Assembly: GCA_964403805.1 (NCBI GenBank)
Contig: CAYOHQ010000001.1
Span: forward strand, 1-58,026
DNA: 58,026 nucleotides
Origin: an uncultured Thioalkalispiraceae bacterium
Lineage (GTDB): Bacteria > Pseudomonadota > Gammaproteobacteria > UBA6429 > Thiohalophilaceae
Direction: 5' to 3'
Shown here: piece by piece, positions 45,795 through 58,026 of the stretch
Numbering within the stretch: the first letter of the stretch is position 1
Layout of the letters: the number at the start of each line of letters is the position of its first letter
The notes under the pieces: generated by a model
Seen by the model: only the letters and a program-made list of their open reading frames with translations
What the model was told of the DNA's origin: nothing
Database searches by the model: none
Made by a program: the position numbers and the translations under genes

Positions 45795-48700
45795 TTAGCC
45801 TTCACTTGCTGATGTTGGCGCTTCTTCAACAGCTTTTGCCAATTCTGCCTCTAAATTAGCAACATCGTCCTCACGTTGATCCCGTTGCCGACGTCGTTCA
45901 GCATGGTAGGCCAAACCGGTTCCAGCCGGGATTAATCGACCCACAATGACGTTTTCTTTAAGACCATGCAGATGATCAATCTTGCCAGTAACAGCAGCTT
46001 CGGTTAATACCCGAGTCGTTTCCTGGAATGATGCAGCAGAGATAAACGATTCAGTTGCTAACGATGCTTTGGTAATACCCAACAGAATATGAGCAAATTT
46101 AGCCGGTATTTTGTCGTTGGCTATCAGGCGATCATTCTCATCAAGTAAACGGCTCTTATCAAGTTGCTCACTTTTCAGGTAATTAGAATCGCCCGGATCG
46201 GCAATTTCAATTTTACGAAGCATTTGACGCACAATCACTTCGATATGCTTGTCATTAATTTTTACACCTTGCAAACGATACACATCCTGGACTTCATTTA
46301 CGATATAGGTATTTAATGCTTCAACACCTAACAAACGCAAGATATCATGAGGATCCAATTCACCTTCGGCAATCATTTCACCCTGTTCAACAAATTCACC
46401 TTCAAACGCGGTGATATGACGCCATTTTGGAATCAGCGCTTCATAGTGATCGCCTTCCGGTGGTGTAATCATTAAACGTTGTTTACCTTTGGTTTCTTTA
46501 CCAAACCCAACCGTGCCACTAATGGCTGCTAAAATTGCGGGTTCTTTTGGTTTACGTGCTTCAAATAAATCGGCAACACGCGGTAGACCACCGGTAATAT
46601 CACGAGTTTTTGATGACTCTTGTGGAATTCGAGCTAATACATCACCAATACCAACGGTATCACCATCGGCTTTAATAATAATTGCACCGGCAGGCATGAT
46701 GTATTGTGCAGGAATCTCGGTTCCGGCAATCATTAAATCATCACCATTTTCGTCAATCAGTTTTAACATCGGACGTAAGTCTTTTGCTGCACTGGAGCGT
46801 TGTTTAGGATCGATTACAACCATGGTTGTTAATCCAGTAATATCATCCACTTGAGATTGCACTGTTAGACCATCGGTAATATCAGCAAATTGAACTTTAC
46901 CGGCAACTTCAGTAATAACCGGATGGGTATGCGGATCCCAGTTTGCCAGAATCTTACCGGGTTCAACGGCATCATTATCATTAATCGTCAGCACCGCACC
47001 ATAAGGCAGTTTATAACGCTCACGTTCGCGACCGTGCTCATCCAATACGGTGATTTCACCAGAACGAGAAACCGCTACATTATTGCCACTTTCATGACGA
47101 ACCGTTTTCATATTATGTAAACGAACCGTACCCTTGGTTTTTATTTGAATATTATTAACAGAGGCGGATCGACTCGCTGCACCACCAATATGGAAGGTAC
47201 GCATGGTTAACTGTGTTCCGGGTTCACCGATACTTTGTGCTGCAATAACACCAACCGATTCACCTTGATTCACCAAGTGCCCTCTAGCCAAATCACGACC
47301 ATAGCAGCTACTACAAATACCGTAACGCGCTTCACAAGTAATTGCTGAACGGACTGACATGCTATCTATACTGAGATCTTCGAGTTTTGCTACCCATGCT
47401 TCGTCGAGTAATGTATCTCGGGCTATGATTGTTTCACGTGTGTTTGGATCAATAACGTCTTTAGCAACAATTCGTCCTAATACCCGCTCACGTAAAGGTT
47501 CAACAACATCACCACCTTCAATTAATGACGATACGATAATGCCATTTTCGGTGCCGCAATCAACATCGGTCACTACTAAATCTTGAGAAACATCGACTAA
47601 ACGACGCGTCAGATAACCGGAGTTAGCCGTTTTTAATGCAGTATCCGCCAAACCTTTACGAGCACCATGGGTTGAAATAAAGTATTGCAACACTGATAAG
47701 CCTTCGCGGAAGTTTGCTGTAATGGGTTGTTCGATAATAGAACCATCGGGTTTTGCCATCAAACCCCGCATACCAGCGAGTTGACGAATCTGAGCCGCAG
47801 AACCCCGCGCACCAGAATCGGCCATCATAAAGATAGAGTTAAACGAACGATCGGTTTCATCTTCACCTTTTTTATTTTTAACTGTGTAATTACCCAAGCC
47901 ATCCATCATGGCTTTTGCTACCTGGTCATTTGTTCTTGACCAAATATCAACAACTTTGTTGTAACGCTCACCTGCGGTAACTAGACCAGAAGTGTATTGC
48001 TCCTGAATTTCTTTTACTTCGCTTTCAGATGCAGCGAGAATAGTCGCTTTTTCTTTCGGTATCACCATATCGTCAACACCAATGGAAACAGCGGCTTTGG
48101 TTGAATAACTAAAGCCGGTATACATCAATTGATCGGCAAAAATAACGGTCGCTTTCAAACCGAGTTTTCGATAGCAATAATTAATAAGTCCCGATATGGA
48201 TTTTTTATTCATATCCTTATCAAAATTATCAAAACTTAAACCTTCAGGCGCGATTTCCCATAAAATCGCACGACCAATGGTAGTATCTTTTCGTGAGATT
48301 GTTTCGGTTCGGTTGCCTTCATCATCAAATGACACTTCAGTAATTCGAACGGTAACACGCGCTTGTATTGCAACATCACCATTTTGAAAAGCTCGTTGCA
48401 CTTCACTGGTGTCCGCAAATATCATGCCTTCGCCTTTGGCGTTAATGCGCGAACGCGTCATGTAATACAAACCCAGCACCACGTCTTGTGATGGTACGAT
48501 AATAGGCTCACCGTTTGCTGGTGATAATATATTATTCGTTGACATCATTAGTGTTCGTGCTTCTAATTGCGCTTCTAATGACAATGGCACGTGGACCGCC
48601 ATTTGATCGCCATCGAAATCAGCATTAAATGCAGTACATACTAAAGGATGTAATTGAATCGCTTTGCCTTCAATCAACACAGGTTCAAATGCCTGAATAC

Positions 48701-49997
48701 CTAAGCGATGCAATGTTGGCGCACGGTTAAGCATAATTGGATGTTCGCGGATAACTTCTTCCAGAATAGCCCACACTTCAGGACCTTCCCGCTCAACCAT
48801 TTTCTTGGCTGCTTTAATTGTTGTTGCCAGACCGCGTAATTCCAATTTACTAAAGATAAATGGTTTGAATAATTCCAGACCCATTTTTTTCGGCAGACCA
48901 CATTGATGTAAACGTAATGTTGGTCCAACCACAATAACGGAACGACCCGAGTAATCAACACGTTTACCCAGTAAGTTTTGACGGAACCGACCTTGCTTAC
49001 CTTTAATCATATCCGCTAAAGATTTTAATGGACGTCTATTTGAACCAGTAATGGCACGACCACGTCGACCATTATCCAGTAGCGCGTCAACAGATTCCTG
49101 CAGCATGCGTTTTTCGTTACGTACAATAATATCGGGTGCATTTAAATCTAATAAACGTTTCAATCTATTGTTTCGATTGATAACGCGTCGATATAGATCA
49201 TTCAGATCAGACGTTGCAAAACGGCCGCCTTCTAATGGCACTAAAGGACGTAATTCAGGTGGTAATACTGGTAATACTGTCATTACCATCCAACCCGGTT
49301 TGTTGCCGGATACCATAAAGGCATCAATTAATTTTAATCGTTTGCCTAATTTCTTTAATTTAGTTTCAGAGTTGGTTGCACCGATATCTTCGCGTAATTG
49401 TTCTGCTTCTTTCTTTAACTCTAATAATTTTAATAATTCGAAGATTGCTTCGGCACCCATGCGAGCATCAAATTCATCACCGTATTCTTCAATCGCTTCC
49501 AGATAACCTTCATCTGTTAATAATTGACCGCGCTCAAGTTGAGTCATCCCCGGTTCAATAACAACAAACGCTTCGAAATACAATATACGTTCGATGTCAC
49601 GTAAGGTCATATCCAATAATAGACCCATACGAGATGGCAATGATTTCAGAAACCAGATATGCGCTACCGGGCTGGCAAGTTCAATATGCCCCATTCTATC
49701 CCGACGTACTTTAGAGAGAGTTACTTCAACACCACATTTTTCACATATAACACCACGATGTTTCAGGCGTTTGTATTTACCGCATAAACATTCGTAATCC
49801 TTAACCGGGCCAAAAATTTTGGCGCAAAATAAACCATCACGTTCCGGTTTAAATGTACGGTAGTTAATGGTTTCCGGCTTTTTAACTTCACCAAATGACC
49901 ATGATCGGATTTTTTCCGGAGAGGCTAGGCCAATTCGGATGGCGTCAAAGTCTTCAACATGACCTTGTTGTTTTAGGATCTTAAGTAGATCTTTCAC
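45795..49997 (-). CDS. rpoC: DNA-directed RNA polymerase subunit beta'
   Basis: 1400 aa. Catalytic [12 protein letters not shown] and an N-terminal zinc motif [19 protein letters not shown]. Confidence 0.99.
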   Translation of the reverse strand: MKDLLKILKQQGHVEDFDAIRIGLASPEKIRSWSFGEVKKPETINYRTFKPERDGLFCAKIFGPVKDYECLCGKYKRLKHRGVICEKCGVEVTLSKVRRDRMGHIELASPVAHIWFLKSLPSRMGLLLDMTLRDIERILYFEAFVVIEPGMTQLERGQLLTDEGYLEAIEEYGDEFDARMGAEAIFELLKLLELKKEAEQLREDIGATNSETKLKKLGKRLKLIDAFMVSGNKPGWMVMTVLPVLPPELRPLVPLEGGRFATSDLNDLYRRVINRNNRLKRLLDLNAPDIIVRNEKRMLQESVDALLDNGRRGRAITGSNRRPLKSLADMIKGKQGRFRQNLLGKRVDYSGRSVIVVGPTLRLHQCGLPKKMGLELFKPFIFSKLELRGLATTIKAAKKMVEREGPEVWAILEEVIREHPIMLNRAPTLHRLGIQAFEPVLIEGKAIQLHPLVCTAFNADFDGDQMAVHVPLSLEAQLEARTLMMSTNNILSPANGEPIIVPSQDVVLGLYYMTRSRINAKGEGMIFADTSEVQRAFQNGDVAIQARVTVRITEVSFDDEGNRTETISRKDTTIGRAILWEIAPEGLSFDNFDKDMNKKSISGLINYCYRKLGLKATVIFADQLMYTGFSYSTKAAVSIGVDDMVIPKEKATILAASESEVKEIQEQYTSGLVTAGERYNKVVDIWSRTNDQVAKAMMDGLGNYTVKNKKGEDETDRSFNSIFMMADSGARGSAAQIRQLAGMRGLMAKPDGSIIEQPITANFREGLSVLQYFISTHGARKGLADTALKTANSGYLTRRLVDVSQDLVVTDVDCGTENGIIVSSLIEGGDVVEPLRERVLGRIVAKDVIDPNTRETIIARDTLLDEAWVAKLEDLSIDSMSVRSAITCEARYGICSSCYGRDLARGHLVNQGESVGVIAAQSIGEPGTQLTMRTFHIGGAASRSASVNNIQIKTKGTVRLHNMKTVRHESGNNVAVSRSGEITVLDEHGRERERYKLPYGAVLTINDNDAVEPGKILANWDPHTHPVITEVAGKVQFADITDGLTVQSQVDDITGLTTMVVIDPKQRSSAAKDLRPMLKLIDENGDDLMIAGTEIPAQYIMPAGAIIIKADGDTVGIGDVLARIPQESSKTRDITGGLPRVADLFEARKPKEPAILAAISGTVGFGKETKGKQRLMITPPEGDHYEALIPKWRHITAFEGEFVEQGEMIAEGELDPHDILRLLGVEALNTYIVNEVQDVYRLQGVKINDKHIEVIVRQMLRKIEIADPGDSNYLKSEQLDKSRLLDENDRLIANDKIPAKFAHILLGITKASLATESFISAASFQETTRVLTEAAVTGKIDHLHGLKENVIVGRLIPAGTGLAYHAERRRQRDQREDDVANLEAELAKAVEEAPTSASEG

Positions 49998-50061
49998 GTA
50001 TTCACTCCTAACTAATTTTCAGGATATTTCTATAATAAAATTATTTTAAATATGATTAAAA

Positions 50062-53000
50062 TTATTCCGTTTGCTCGAGTTCAATATCGATACCCAGCGA
50101 ACGAATTTCTTTTAATAACACATTAAATGATTCAGGCATGCCTGCTTCCATATAATGGTCGCCATCAACAATGTTTTTATACATCTTGGTTCGACCATTC
50201 ACGTCATCAGATTTAACCGTTAACATTTCTTGTAAAGTATATGAAGCACCATAAGATTCCAGTGCCCACACTTCCATTTCTCCGAAACGCTGACCACCGA
50301 ACTGGGCTTTACCACCAAGTGGTTGTTGTGTTACCAAACTATAAGGCCCGGTTGAACGTGCATGCATCTTGTCATCGACCAGATGGTTCAATTTCAAGAC
50401 GTACATGTAACCAACGGTTACCTGACGCTCAAACTGATTTCCTGTTCGACCATCAAATAAAGTTGTTTGACCTGTTGTTGGTAACCCGGCTAATTCGAGC
50501 AGCCCTTTAATTTCTGACTCTTGAACACCATCAAATACCGGAGTTGCAATTGGTACACCGGTTTTTAAGTTACCAGCAAGTTCAATTATCTCGGCATCAT
50601 TGAATGACTTAAGATCTTCAACTTGACCACCACTGTGGTTATAGACTTTATCCAGATAATCACGTAAATCGGCAACCGCATTTTGCGATTGAAGCATTTC
50701 TCCGATACGCTCACCCATGCCTTTTGCGGCCCAACCAAGATGGGTTTCCAACACCTGACCAATGTTCATCCGTGATGGCACACCAAGAGGGTTCAACACG
50801 ATATCAACAGGGACACCATGTTCATCATATGGCATATCTTCAACTGGCACGATCATGGAGATAACACCTTTGTTACCATGACGTCCCGCCATCTTGTCAC
50901 CAGGCTGAATTCGACGTTTCACTGCTAAATGGACTTTAACCATTTTCAATACACCAGGAGCAAGATCATCACCGCCGGTTAGCTTGTCACGTTTTTCTTC
51001 AAACTTGGCTTCAAACTCTTTATCGAGCTGTTGTAGTTGTTCGGCAATGGTTTCCAACTGACTATTGGCATCATCATTTTTAAGTCTGATTTCAAACCAT
51101 TTACTATTTTCCAGTTCATCAAGATATTCTTGAGTAATTTTGGAACCGGAAGACAGGTTATTGGGTCCACCAACGGCAACTTTGCCTAATAACATTTGCT
51201 CAACACGCTGATAAGCATCGCCTTGCATGATGCGCAATTGGTCATTAAAGTCTTTCTTGATGCGTGCCAGTTCTGAATTTTCAATGGCTTTCGCGCGTGA
51301 ATCTTTTTCCAGACCATCACGAGTAAAGACTTGCACATCAATAACGGTACCACTGGCACCAGATGAAACACGCAATGACGTATCTTTAACGTCGGATGCT
51401 TTTTCACCAAAAATTGCTCTCAATAGTTTTTCTTCTGGTGTTAGCTGCGTTTCACCTTTTGGTGTTACTTTACCAACCAGAATATCACCGGCTTTAACTT
51501 CGGCACCAACATAAACAATACCGGCTTCATCTAATTTAGATAATGCAGATTCACCAACATTGGGAATATCACCTGAAATTTCTTCAGAACCTAATTTAGT
51601 ATCACGAGCTACACAGGTTAATTCGACTATGTGTATCGTGGTATAGCGATCTTCTTTAACAACATTCTCGGATATTAAAATAGAATCTTCAAAGTTGTAG
51701 CCATTCCAGGGCATAAAGGCGATACGCATGTTTTGACCTAGTGCCAATTCACCCATATCGGTACTGGGACCATCAGCCATCACATCACCTTTAACGATAG
51801 TATCGCCAGGTTTAACTAATGGACGTTGATTAATACAAGTGTTCTGGTTTGAACGGGTGTACTTGGTTAAATTATAAATATCAACACCAGGTTCACCCGG
51901 TATTGTTTCATCATCATTAACTCGAACAACAATACGAGAAGCGTCAACAGCATCAATTACGCCACCACGTTCAGCGATAACAGTAACGCCAGAATCAATA
52001 GCAACCGTTGCTTCAATTCCGGTTCCAACCAATGGTGCTTGTGCACGTAATGTTGGCACAGCCTGACGTTGCATGTTTGACCCCATCAAGGCTCTATTGG
52101 CATCATCGTGCTCAAGGAATGGAATTAAACTTGCGGCAACCGATACAATTTGTTTCGGTGATACATCCATAAAGGTAATATCTTCAGGTGCGGCAATAGT
52201 AAATTCATTTAAGTGACGACAAGGAACAAGCTCATCTGTTAGGCGATTTTTATTATCCATACCGGCATTTGCCTGCGCGATAACGTGTTCACTTTCATCA
52301 ATCGCTGATAAGTATTCGATATCATCGGTCACTTTACCATTTTTAACTTTACGATAAGGTGTTTCCAGGAAACCATAATGATTAGTTCGACCATAAACAG
52401 CTAAAGAGTTAATCAAACCAATATTAGGCCCTTCAGGAGTTTCGATAGGACAAACTCGACCATAATGCGTCGGATGCACGTCACGAACTTCAAAACCGGC
52501 ACGTTCCCGCGTTAAACCACCAGGGCCTAATGCTGAAACCCGACGTTTATGCGTTACTTCTGACAGCGGATTATTTTGATCCATAAATTGTGATAACTGA
52601 CTGGAACCAAAAAATTCTTTAATCGCAGCAGCTACTGGCTTGGCATTAATCATTTCCTGTGGCATTAAGTTATCAGCTTCTGCCAGAGTTAAACGCTCTT
52701 TTACTGCGCGTTCGACTCGAACCAAACCAACACGGAATTGATTTTCTGTCATTTCACCAACTGAACGAATTCGACGATTACCAAGATGATCAATATCATC
52801 CACCATGCCATTACCATTTCGAATATTGATTAATACATTGAGTACTTCAACAATATCTTCTTTAGATAAAACACCTTCGCCTTCAGTTTCTTTACGACCA
52901 ACACGACGGTTGAACTTCATTCGACCTACTGCAGACAGATCATAGCGATCTGAACTGAAAAACAGGTTTTTAAATAATCCTTCGGCAGCATCTTTTGTTG

Positions 53001-54138
53001 GCGGCTCACCCGGACGCATCATTCGATAAATTTCAACTTGTGCTTCTAGTTGTGTTGAGGTTGAATCTATTCGTAAGGTATTAGAAATAAAAGCACCGTG
53101 ATCGATATCATTGGTATAAATCGTTTGGAATTTTTTAGTTTTTGCTTCTTTCATTAATTCGATGAGTTCTTCTGTTATCTCATCATTAGCATTCGCAATC
53201 ACTTCACCCGTTTCAGTATTAATTAACTCGGTTGTTAACGCCTTACCCAGCAAGTATTCATCTGGAATTTCAAGTTGCTTAAGACCGGCTTTTTCCATAT
53301 CGCGAATATGTCGAACGGTGATTCGTCGACCTTCTTCAACAATAATCTTAGTCTTGGCTTTAATGTCAAAAGTCGCCATTTCACCCCGTAGGCGTTCTGG
53401 CACTAACTTCATCAATAAACCGTTCTTCGTGAACTCAAAATCTACATTTTCGAAATACATTGCTAGTATTTCTTCTGTGTCATAACCCAAGGCACGCAAT
53501 AATACCGTTACTGGTAATTTACGACGTCGATCAATACGAGTAAAAACAGAGTCTTTAGGATCAAACTCAAAATCTAACCATGAGCCACGGTAAGGAATAA
53601 CCCGGGCATTATGTAATAATTTACCGGATGAATGCGTTTTGCCTTTATCGTGATCAAAGAACACACCGGGTGAACGGTGTAATTGAGAAACGATTACGCG
53701 TTCAGTACCATTGATAACAAAGGTACCGTTATTCGTCATTAAGGGTAACTCACCCATATACACTTCTTGTTCACGAATATCTTTAACGACAGGTGTCTTT
53801 GCATCTTTATCGTAAATGACCAAACGCACTTTAACGCGTAACGGTGCAGAATAAGTAACACCGCGCATTTGACATTCTTTTACGTCAAAGCCTGGCGTAC
53901 CTAATTTATAACTGACAAATTCCAACGCTGCATTTCCAGAATAACTTTTAATTGGAAATATTGAATGAAATGCTGCTTGCAAACCTTTTCGTGGACGGTC
54001 AGCAGGAGCAATATCCTCTTGCAAAAAAGCTTTATACGAGTTCGTTTGAATGGCAAGTAGATTTGGTACATCTATGACACTTGGTAAACGACTAAAGTTT
54101 TTACGGATACGTTTTTTTTCAGTGAACGAATAGCCCAT
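50062..54138 (-). CDS. rpoB: DNA-directed RNA polymerase subunit beta
   Basis: 1358 aa. [15 protein letters not shown].., GRHGNKGV, and other conserved RpoB blocks. Confidence 0.99.
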   Translation of the reverse strand: MGYSFTEKKRIRKNFSRLPSVIDVPNLLAIQTNSYKAFLQEDIAPADRPRKGLQAAFHSIFPIKSYSGNAALEFVSYKLGTPGFDVKECQMRGVTYSAPLRVKVRLVIYDKDAKTPVVKDIREQEVYMGELPLMTNNGTFVINGTERVIVSQLHRSPGVFFDHDKGKTHSSGKLLHNARVIPYRGSWLDFEFDPKDSVFTRIDRRRKLPVTVLLRALGYDTEEILAMYFENVDFEFTKNGLLMKLVPERLRGEMATFDIKAKTKIIVEEGRRITVRHIRDMEKAGLKQLEIPDEYLLGKALTTELINTETGEVIANANDEITEELIELMKEAKTKKFQTIYTNDIDHGAFISNTLRIDSTSTQLEAQVEIYRMMRPGEPPTKDAAEGLFKNLFFSSDRYDLSAVGRMKFNRRVGRKETEGEGVLSKEDIVEVLNVLINIRNGNGMVDDIDHLGNRRIRSVGEMTENQFRVGLVRVERAVKERLTLAEADNLMPQEMINAKPVAAAIKEFFGSSQLSQFMDQNNPLSEVTHKRRVSALGPGGLTRERAGFEVRDVHPTHYGRVCPIETPEGPNIGLINSLAVYGRTNHYGFLETPYRKVKNGKVTDDIEYLSAIDESEHVIAQANAGMDNKNRLTDELVPCRHLNEFTIAAPEDITFMDVSPKQIVSVAASLIPFLEHDDANRALMGSNMQRQAVPTLRAQAPLVGTGIEATVAIDSGVTVIAERGGVIDAVDASRIVVRVNDDETIPGEPGVDIYNLTKYTRSNQNTCINQRPLVKPGDTIVKGDVMADGPSTDMGELALGQNMRIAFMPWNGYNFEDSILISENVVKEDRYTTIHIVELTCVARDTKLGSEEISGDIPNVGESALSKLDEAGIVYVGAEVKAGDILVGKVTPKGETQLTPEEKLLRAIFGEKASDVKDTSLRVSSGASGTVIDVQVFTRDGLEKDSRAKAIENSELARIKKDFNDQLRIMQGDAYQRVEQMLLGKVAVGGPNNLSSGSKITQEYLDELENSKWFEIRLKNDDANSQLETIAEQLQQLDKEFEAKFEEKRDKLTGGDDLAPGVLKMVKVHLAVKRRIQPGDKMAGRHGNKGVISMIVPVEDMPYDEHGVPVDIVLNPLGVPSRMNIGQVLETHLGWAAKGMGERIGEMLQSQNAVADLRDYLDKVYNHSGGQVEDLKSFNDAEIIELAGNLKTGVPIATPVFDGVQESEIKGLLELAGLPTTGQTTLFDGRTGNQFERQVTVGYMYVLKLNHLVDDKMHARSTGPYSLVTQQPLGGKAQFGGQRFGEMEVWALESYGASYTLQEMLTVKSDDVNGRTKMYKNIVDGDHYMEAGMPESFNVLLKEIRSLGIDIELEQTE

Positions 54139-54243
54139 TATATGCCCTATATTTGATCAATTTTGAAAAACAAAAACACATGTCATTAAAGTAATTCTTA
54201 AAACTGGTTTTTAATCCAGTCTTTAACTCAATGCATTTATCTT

Positions 54244-54336
54244 CGAAAACACGAAAATCCTGCAACATCAGTTAAAATTTATACTCTAATAGAAAGTACA
54301 AGGTTTAAGCTTTTGTTGCAGGAATATCGCAATTCC
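54244..54336 (-). terminator. Candidate rplL-rpoB intercistronic attenuator / processing structure
   Basis: A 10-bp perfect long-range stem (54314-54323 with 54258-54267) is followed on the minus strand by TTTTCGTGTTTTCG. A 5-bp local hairpin (54321-54336) shares 3 nt with the stem, so the two folds exclude each other. Confidence 0.4.
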
Positions 54337-54362
54337 GTACTTACACTAACGTTAATTCGAAC

Positions 54363-54740
54363 TTACTTAAGTTCGACTTCAGCGCCAGCTTCTTCCAATT
54401 GCTTCTTAACATCTTCAGCTTCAGCTTTTGGAGCACCTTCTTTAACAGTTGCAGGAACGCCTTCAACCATTTCTTTTGCTTCTTTTAAGCCTAAACCGGT
54501 AATAGCACGAATTGCTTTAATTACCGAAATTTTGTTTCCACCGAAGCTAGTCATCACTACGTTAAATTCATCTTTCTCAACAGCAGCACCGGCGTCACCA
54601 CCAGCAGCTGGAGCAGCAGCAGCAACAGCAACAGCAGCTGTTACATTGAATTTTTCTTCCATAGCTTCAACTAGTTCAACAACTTCCATTACAGACATGT
54701 TGCTAATGCTTTCTAATATATCGTCTTTTGATACGGCCAT
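54363..54740 (-). CDS. rplL: 50S ribosomal protein L7/L12
   Basis: 125 aa. Ala-rich hinge and a C-terminal domain with ..[19 protein letters not shown].. Confidence 0.98.
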   Translation of the reverse strand: MAVSKDDILESISNMSVMEVVELVEAMEEKFNVTAAVAVAAAAPAAGGDAGAAVEKDEFNVVMTSFGGNKISVIKAIRAITGLGLKEAKEMVEGVPATVKEGAPKAEAEDVKKQLEEAGAEVELK

Positions 54741-54797
54741 TTTATTTCTCCTGATTAATCGATTTTATAATCGATATCAATTCTAGTGTTTAAATTG

Positions 54798-55328
54798 TTA
54801 TGCAGATGCTTGTTTTTGGTCACGAACTGCTGCAATAGTACGAACCAGTTTTGCATTTGGTTCTGCTAATGTACGTACAAGTTTTGTAATTGGTGCTTGC
54901 ATAACCGACATCAACATACTAATTGCTTGGTCTTTTGTCGGTAAGCTTGCTAGTCTATCCAAATCGCCTGGTCCTAATAACTGACCACCTATCGATAAGG
55001 CTTTAACTACCAATTTACTGTTTTCTTTTGAAAAGTCTTTTAAAACTCGAGCAGCGCCACCTGGATCTTCTTGCGAAAATGCCATGACTAGCGGCCCTGA
55101 GAATGATTCGACCATACATTCAAAATCAGTACCTTGTACTGCGCGTTTTGCTAAGGTATTTTTAACAACACGAAGATAGACACCATTATCACGCGATTTT
55201 GCGTGTAACGCTGTCATTTCGGTTGCGCTAATACCGGAGTATTCTGCTGTTACAGCAGACAACGCGTTTGCAGCAACTTCGGAGACTTCCGTTACAATAA
55301 CTTGTTTTTCCTCTCGACTTAACGCCAT
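54798..55328 (-). CDS. rplJ: 50S ribosomal protein L10
   Basis: MALSREEKQVIV.. with an AGGAGAA RBS 8 nt upstream of the ATG at 55328. The ORF-track extension to 55361 is unlikely to be translated. Confidence 0.96.
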   Translation of the reverse strand: MALSREEKQVIVTEVSEVAANALSAVTAEYSGISATEMTALHAKSRDNGVYLRVVKNTLAKRAVQGTDFECMVESFSGPLVMAFSQEDPGGAARVLKDFSKENSKLVVKALSIGGQLLGPGDLDRLASLPTKDQAISMLMSVMQAPITKLVRTLAEPNAKLVRTIAAVRDQKQASA

Positions 55329-55654
55329 GAGTATTTTCTCCTGGTTACAACATGTGATCATTTAAAATCACAAAGCTTCATAAAACACGATTTACTTATT
55401 ATAAGTTTTCCTTAATAAGCATATCGCCCGTTCGGTGATCTTGCGTGGGCAAGCGGCACCATCTACGTTGGCTAAGGATCTTGTTTTTTCCTTATTAAGC
55501 AAATTTAGTTAAGTTTATTTTGATAAACCAAACTAACACTGCACCTACGGTCTTTGACGGACACTGATTTAATCAATATATTATTAAAACAGCGACCCAA
55601 AGTCTGTTGGCTATCCCGCTATAAATTAGCAGAACGACCTAATCATTAACTCAA
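55329..55654 (-). promoter_or_regulatory. Long rplJ 5' leader (probable L10(L12)4 autoregulatory leader)
   Basis: 326-nt non-coding spacer between rplA and rplJ with locally GC-rich, structure-prone segments. An L10-L12-binding leader in this position is established in E. coli. Confidence 0.5.
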
Positions 55655-56344
55655 TTACAGAGTTGAATGATCCAATAAAATACCCGGTCCCATAGTTGAA
55701 GAGACAGATATTTTTTTGAAATATATACCTTTAGCGGATGATGGTTTGGCCTTATTTAAATCAGCCAGTAATGCTGACAAATTACCAATTAACGATGCCA
55801 CATCAAACCCTACTTTGCCTATTGAACAGTGAATAATACCATTCTTGTCTGTTCGATATCGAACCTGTCCGGATTTAGCATTTTTTACCGCTTCAGCAAT
55901 GTTTGGTGTTACGGTTCCCACTTTAGGGTTTGGCATTAATCCTCGTGGGCCTAAGATTTGTCCTAATGTACCAACAACACGCATTGCGTCTGGTGATGCA
56001 ATGACGACATCAAAATCCATATTACCCTTTTTAACATCTTCAGCTAATTCATCCATGCCAACAATATCGGCACCTGCTTCTTTTGCAGCGTCAGCATTCG
56101 GGCCCTGCGTAAATACCGCGACACGGACATTTTTACCGGTACCATTTGGTAATACAGTTGCACCACGTACATTTTGATCTGATTTACGAGGATCAATACC
56201 AAGCATCACTGAAACATCAATTGATTCAGCAAATTTAACTTTAGGTAAATCACTTATTAATTTAAAAGCTTCCTCAGGGGCATAAACCTTACCTACCTCT
56301 ACTTTCTCATTAATAGCTTTCATTCTTTTAGATAGTTTAGCCAT
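55655..56344 (-). CDS. rplA: 50S ribosomal protein L1
   Basis: [16 protein letters not shown].. Confidence 0.98.
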   Translation of the reverse strand: MAKLSKRMKAINEKVEVGKVYAPEEAFKLISDLPKVKFAESIDVSVMLGIDPRKSDQNVRGATVLPNGTGKNVRVAVFTQGPNADAAKEAGADIVGMDELAEDVKKGNMDFDVVIASPDAMRVVGTLGQILGPRGLMPNPKVGTVTPNIAEAVKNAKSGQVRYRTDKNGIIHCSIGKVGFDVASLIGNLSALLADLNKAKPSSAKGIYFKKISVSSTMGPGILLDHSTL

Positions 56345-56346
56345 GA

Positions 56347-56781
56347 TTAAACGACTCCCTCTGTTTCGAGACCCATGCTTCTTGCTGTGCCTGCCAGAGT
56401 GCGTACTGCTGCGTCCATATCGGCGGCAGTTAAATCCGGATCTTTTATAGTAGCAATTTCTTCTAACTGAGCCCGTGTGACTTTACCCACTTTGTCTCGA
56501 TTAGGAACAGCTGAACCACTTTTAATTTTTGCTGCCTTTTTCAATAAAATTGAAGCGGGTGGCGTTTTCGTAATAAAAGTAAAGCTTCGATCACTAAATA
56601 CGGATATAACAACAGGAATCGGTAATCCTTGTTCTACACCTTGCGTTTTAGCATTAAAGGCTTTACAAAATTCCATGATATTCACACCGTGCTGACCTAA
56701 AGCAGGCCCTACTGGTGGACTCGGATTGGCCTGACCGGCCGGTACTTGCAGCTTGATATAAGCTTCAACTTTCTTCGCCAT
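56347..56781 (-). CDS. rplK: 50S ribosomal protein L11
   Basis: [35 protein letters not shown]. Confidence 0.98.
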   Translation of the reverse strand: MAKKVEAYIKLQVPAGQANPSPPVGPALGQHGVNIMEFCKAFNAKTQGVEQGLPIPVVISVFSDRSFTFITKTPPASILLKKAAKIKSGSAVPNRDKVGKVTRAQLEEIATIKDPDLTAADMDAAVRTLAGTARSMGLETEGVV

Positions 56782-56842
56782 GATATTCTCCTAACTCGTG
56801 GGTACAAACGCTCTGGCTATCGAGCTCCCCGTTTAAATAAAT

Positions 56843-57376
56843 TTAGCCTTTTTCTACCTGACCAAACTCAAGATCAACCGGTGTTGAACGTCCAAAAATA
56901 GACACTTCAACCTTAATACGGCTTTTGTCGTAATCAACATCTTCAACAACACCGTTAAAATCATTAAACGGGCCATCAATAATGCGCACAACTTCACCGG
57001 GTTCAAACAAGACTTTTGGTCTTGGTTTTTCAACACCTTCTTGCACTCGGTTAAGAATGTTATCTGCTTCTTTATCGCTAATCGGTGCAGGCTTATCCGA
57101 AGTACCACCAATGAACCCCATAACTTTAGGCACATCTTTCACTAAATGCCAGGTTTCTTCATTCATATCCATCTGAACCAGAACATAACCCGGGAAAAAT
57201 TTTCGCTCGCTTTTGTGTTTGGTGCCGGCTCGCATCTCAACCACCTCTTCTGTGGGAACCATAATCTCACCAAATGCACTTTCCATTTCGTTTAACTTGA
57301 TTCTTTCCATCAATGAACGCTTTACGTGCTGCTCAAAGCCCGAGTACGCAGAAACAACATACCAACGAAATGCCAT
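56843..57376 (-). CDS. nusG: Transcription termination/antitermination factor NusG
   Basis: [19 protein letters not shown] (NGN domain) and a C-terminal KOW ([18 protein letters not shown]). Confidence 0.97.
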   Translation of the reverse strand: MAFRWYVVSAYSGFEQHVKRSLMERIKLNEMESAFGEIMVPTEEVVEMRAGTKHKSERKFFPGYVLVQMDMNEETWHLVKDVPKVMGFIGGTSDKPAPISDKEADNILNRVQEGVEKPRPKVLFEPGEVVRIIDGPFNDFNGVVEDVDYDKSRIKVEVSIFGRSTPVDLEFGQVEKG

Positions 57377-57380
57377 TGAA

Positions 57381-57731
57381 CTAGCCTCCCAGACCTGTTA
57401 ATGATTGGACACCTATAAGTAAAACGCGATCAAATAACCACAACATTAAACCGATGATCAATACCATTACAAAAATAATCAATGTTGTTTGAAATGTTTC
57501 CTGACGTGTTGGCCAGACCACTTTTCGAATTTCTACATAGGCGCTGCGGCCAAAATCCCAACTTGCAGTTCCAATCACAGTTTGTTTTGCAACAACCACC
57601 GAAACGACAAATGCTGTTAACATCCCTAACAGACGATATAAAAATGCTGTCTCAGGATCAAAATAATAAAATCCTACAATACCAGCAGCTATTAAGCCGG
57701 CAGCAACTATTAACTTTATCTTGTCTAGCAT
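57381..57731 (-). CDS. secE: Protein translocase subunit SecE
   Basis: 117 aa from the ATG at 57731 ([12 protein letters not shown]..), three TM helices, ..[12 protein letters not shown].. motif. The ORF-track N-terminal extension runs into the tRNA gene, so it is rejected. Confidence 0.92.
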   Translation of the reverse strand: MLDKIKLIVAAGLIAAGIVGFYYFDPETAFLYRLLGMLTAFVVSVVVAKQTVIGTASWDFGRSAYVEIRKVVWPTRQETFQTTLIIFVMVLIIGLMLWLFDRVLLIGVQSLTGLGG

Positions 57732-57782
57732 ACTTGCTAAAAACCCCAAATTCTTTGTCTTACTAAAAAAATAACTGAATGT

Positions 57783-57858
57783 TGGCAGGCCAGGAGGGAA
57801 TCGAACCCCCAACCTACGGTTTTGGAGACCGTCGCTCTGCCAATTGAGCTACTGGCCT
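57783..57858 (-). tRNA. trpT: tRNA-Trp (anticodon CCA)
   Basis: I folded the 76-nt cloverleaf by hand: acceptor AGGCCAG/CTGGCCT, D arm GCTC/GAGC, anticodon arm ACGGT-CTCCAAA-ACCGT, T arm GGGGG-TTCGATT-CCCTC, encoded CCA end. Canonical tuf - tRNA-Trp - secE position. Confidence 0.93.
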
Positions 57859-57940
57859 AAACTCAGTTAAATATACTCTCTGCTAAACCTTTACCAGAGA
57901 ACACTCAAATCAATAAAAAACTATTGCATATCGTATTACG

Positions 57941-58026
57941 CTACTCAATAATTTTAGCAACCACACCCGCACCAACAGTACGGCCACCTTCACGAATCGC
58001 AAATCGTAAACCGTCTTCCATCGCAA
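57941..58026 (-). CDS. tuf: Elongation factor Tu, second copy (3' end only; continues beyond the window)
   Basis: The last 86 nt are nearly identical to 41414-41499. Both encode ..[27 protein letters not shown]. Confidence 0.93.
   Translation of the reverse strand, partial: AMEDGLRFAIREGGRTVGAGVVAKIIE

Noticed and set aside
54313-54786. 157-aa plus-strand ORF, rich in Ala/Ser/Thr, covering the rplL locus.
   Set aside because: It is exactly antisense to the unmistakable L7/L12 gene. The low-complexity translation is the mirror of GCN/GAA-rich rplL codons, and there is no RBS.
57732-57812. ORF-track N-terminal extension of secE (MGVRFPPGLPTFSYF..).
   Set aside because: The extension overlaps the tRNA-Trp gene (57783-57858). 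The SecE-like sequence begins at the ATG at 57731.

Overview
This window is almost entirely core housekeeping DNA from an AT-rich gammaproteobacterium; I cannot name the species. From left to right it holds four blocks. (1) The end of a type IV pilus minor-pilin cluster (pilY1, a small secreted ORF, a pilE-like pilin). (2) The conserved block ispH-fkpB-lspA-ileS-ribF-murJ / rpsT / proB-obg-rpmA-rplU / ispB-kdsB. (3) A short variable segment (MCP-like chemoreceptor plus two orphan genes in AT-rich non-coding DNA), then ssb-MFS / uvrA and a TPR and DUF62 pair. (4) One uninterrupted minus-strand translation/transcription supercluster: partial tuf copy, tRNA-Trp, secE-nusG-rplKAJL-rpoBC, rpsL-rpsG-fusA-tuf, and complete S10, spc and alpha operons. 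rpmJ is absent from the ORF track and was found by eye. From memory, the gene order matches Pseudomonas aeruginosa closely, which makes the few departures stand out. I saw no CRISPR array, IS element, integrase, prophage or recognisable defence system. The best candidates for novelty are modest. One is an orphan 286-aa gene bracketed by an identical 15-nt direct repeat in ORF-free AT-rich DNA, next to a small orphan gene carrying the same motif. The other is a 186-aa unknown ORF inserted into, and apparently translationally coupled within, the otherwise conserved fkpB-ispH junction. Several RNA-structure and regulatory candidates are also listed: a str promoter with a 5' UTR hairpin, an rplW-rplB hairpin, and an rplL-rpoB attenuator. 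All functional calls rest on motif and family recognition by eye. No searches were run.
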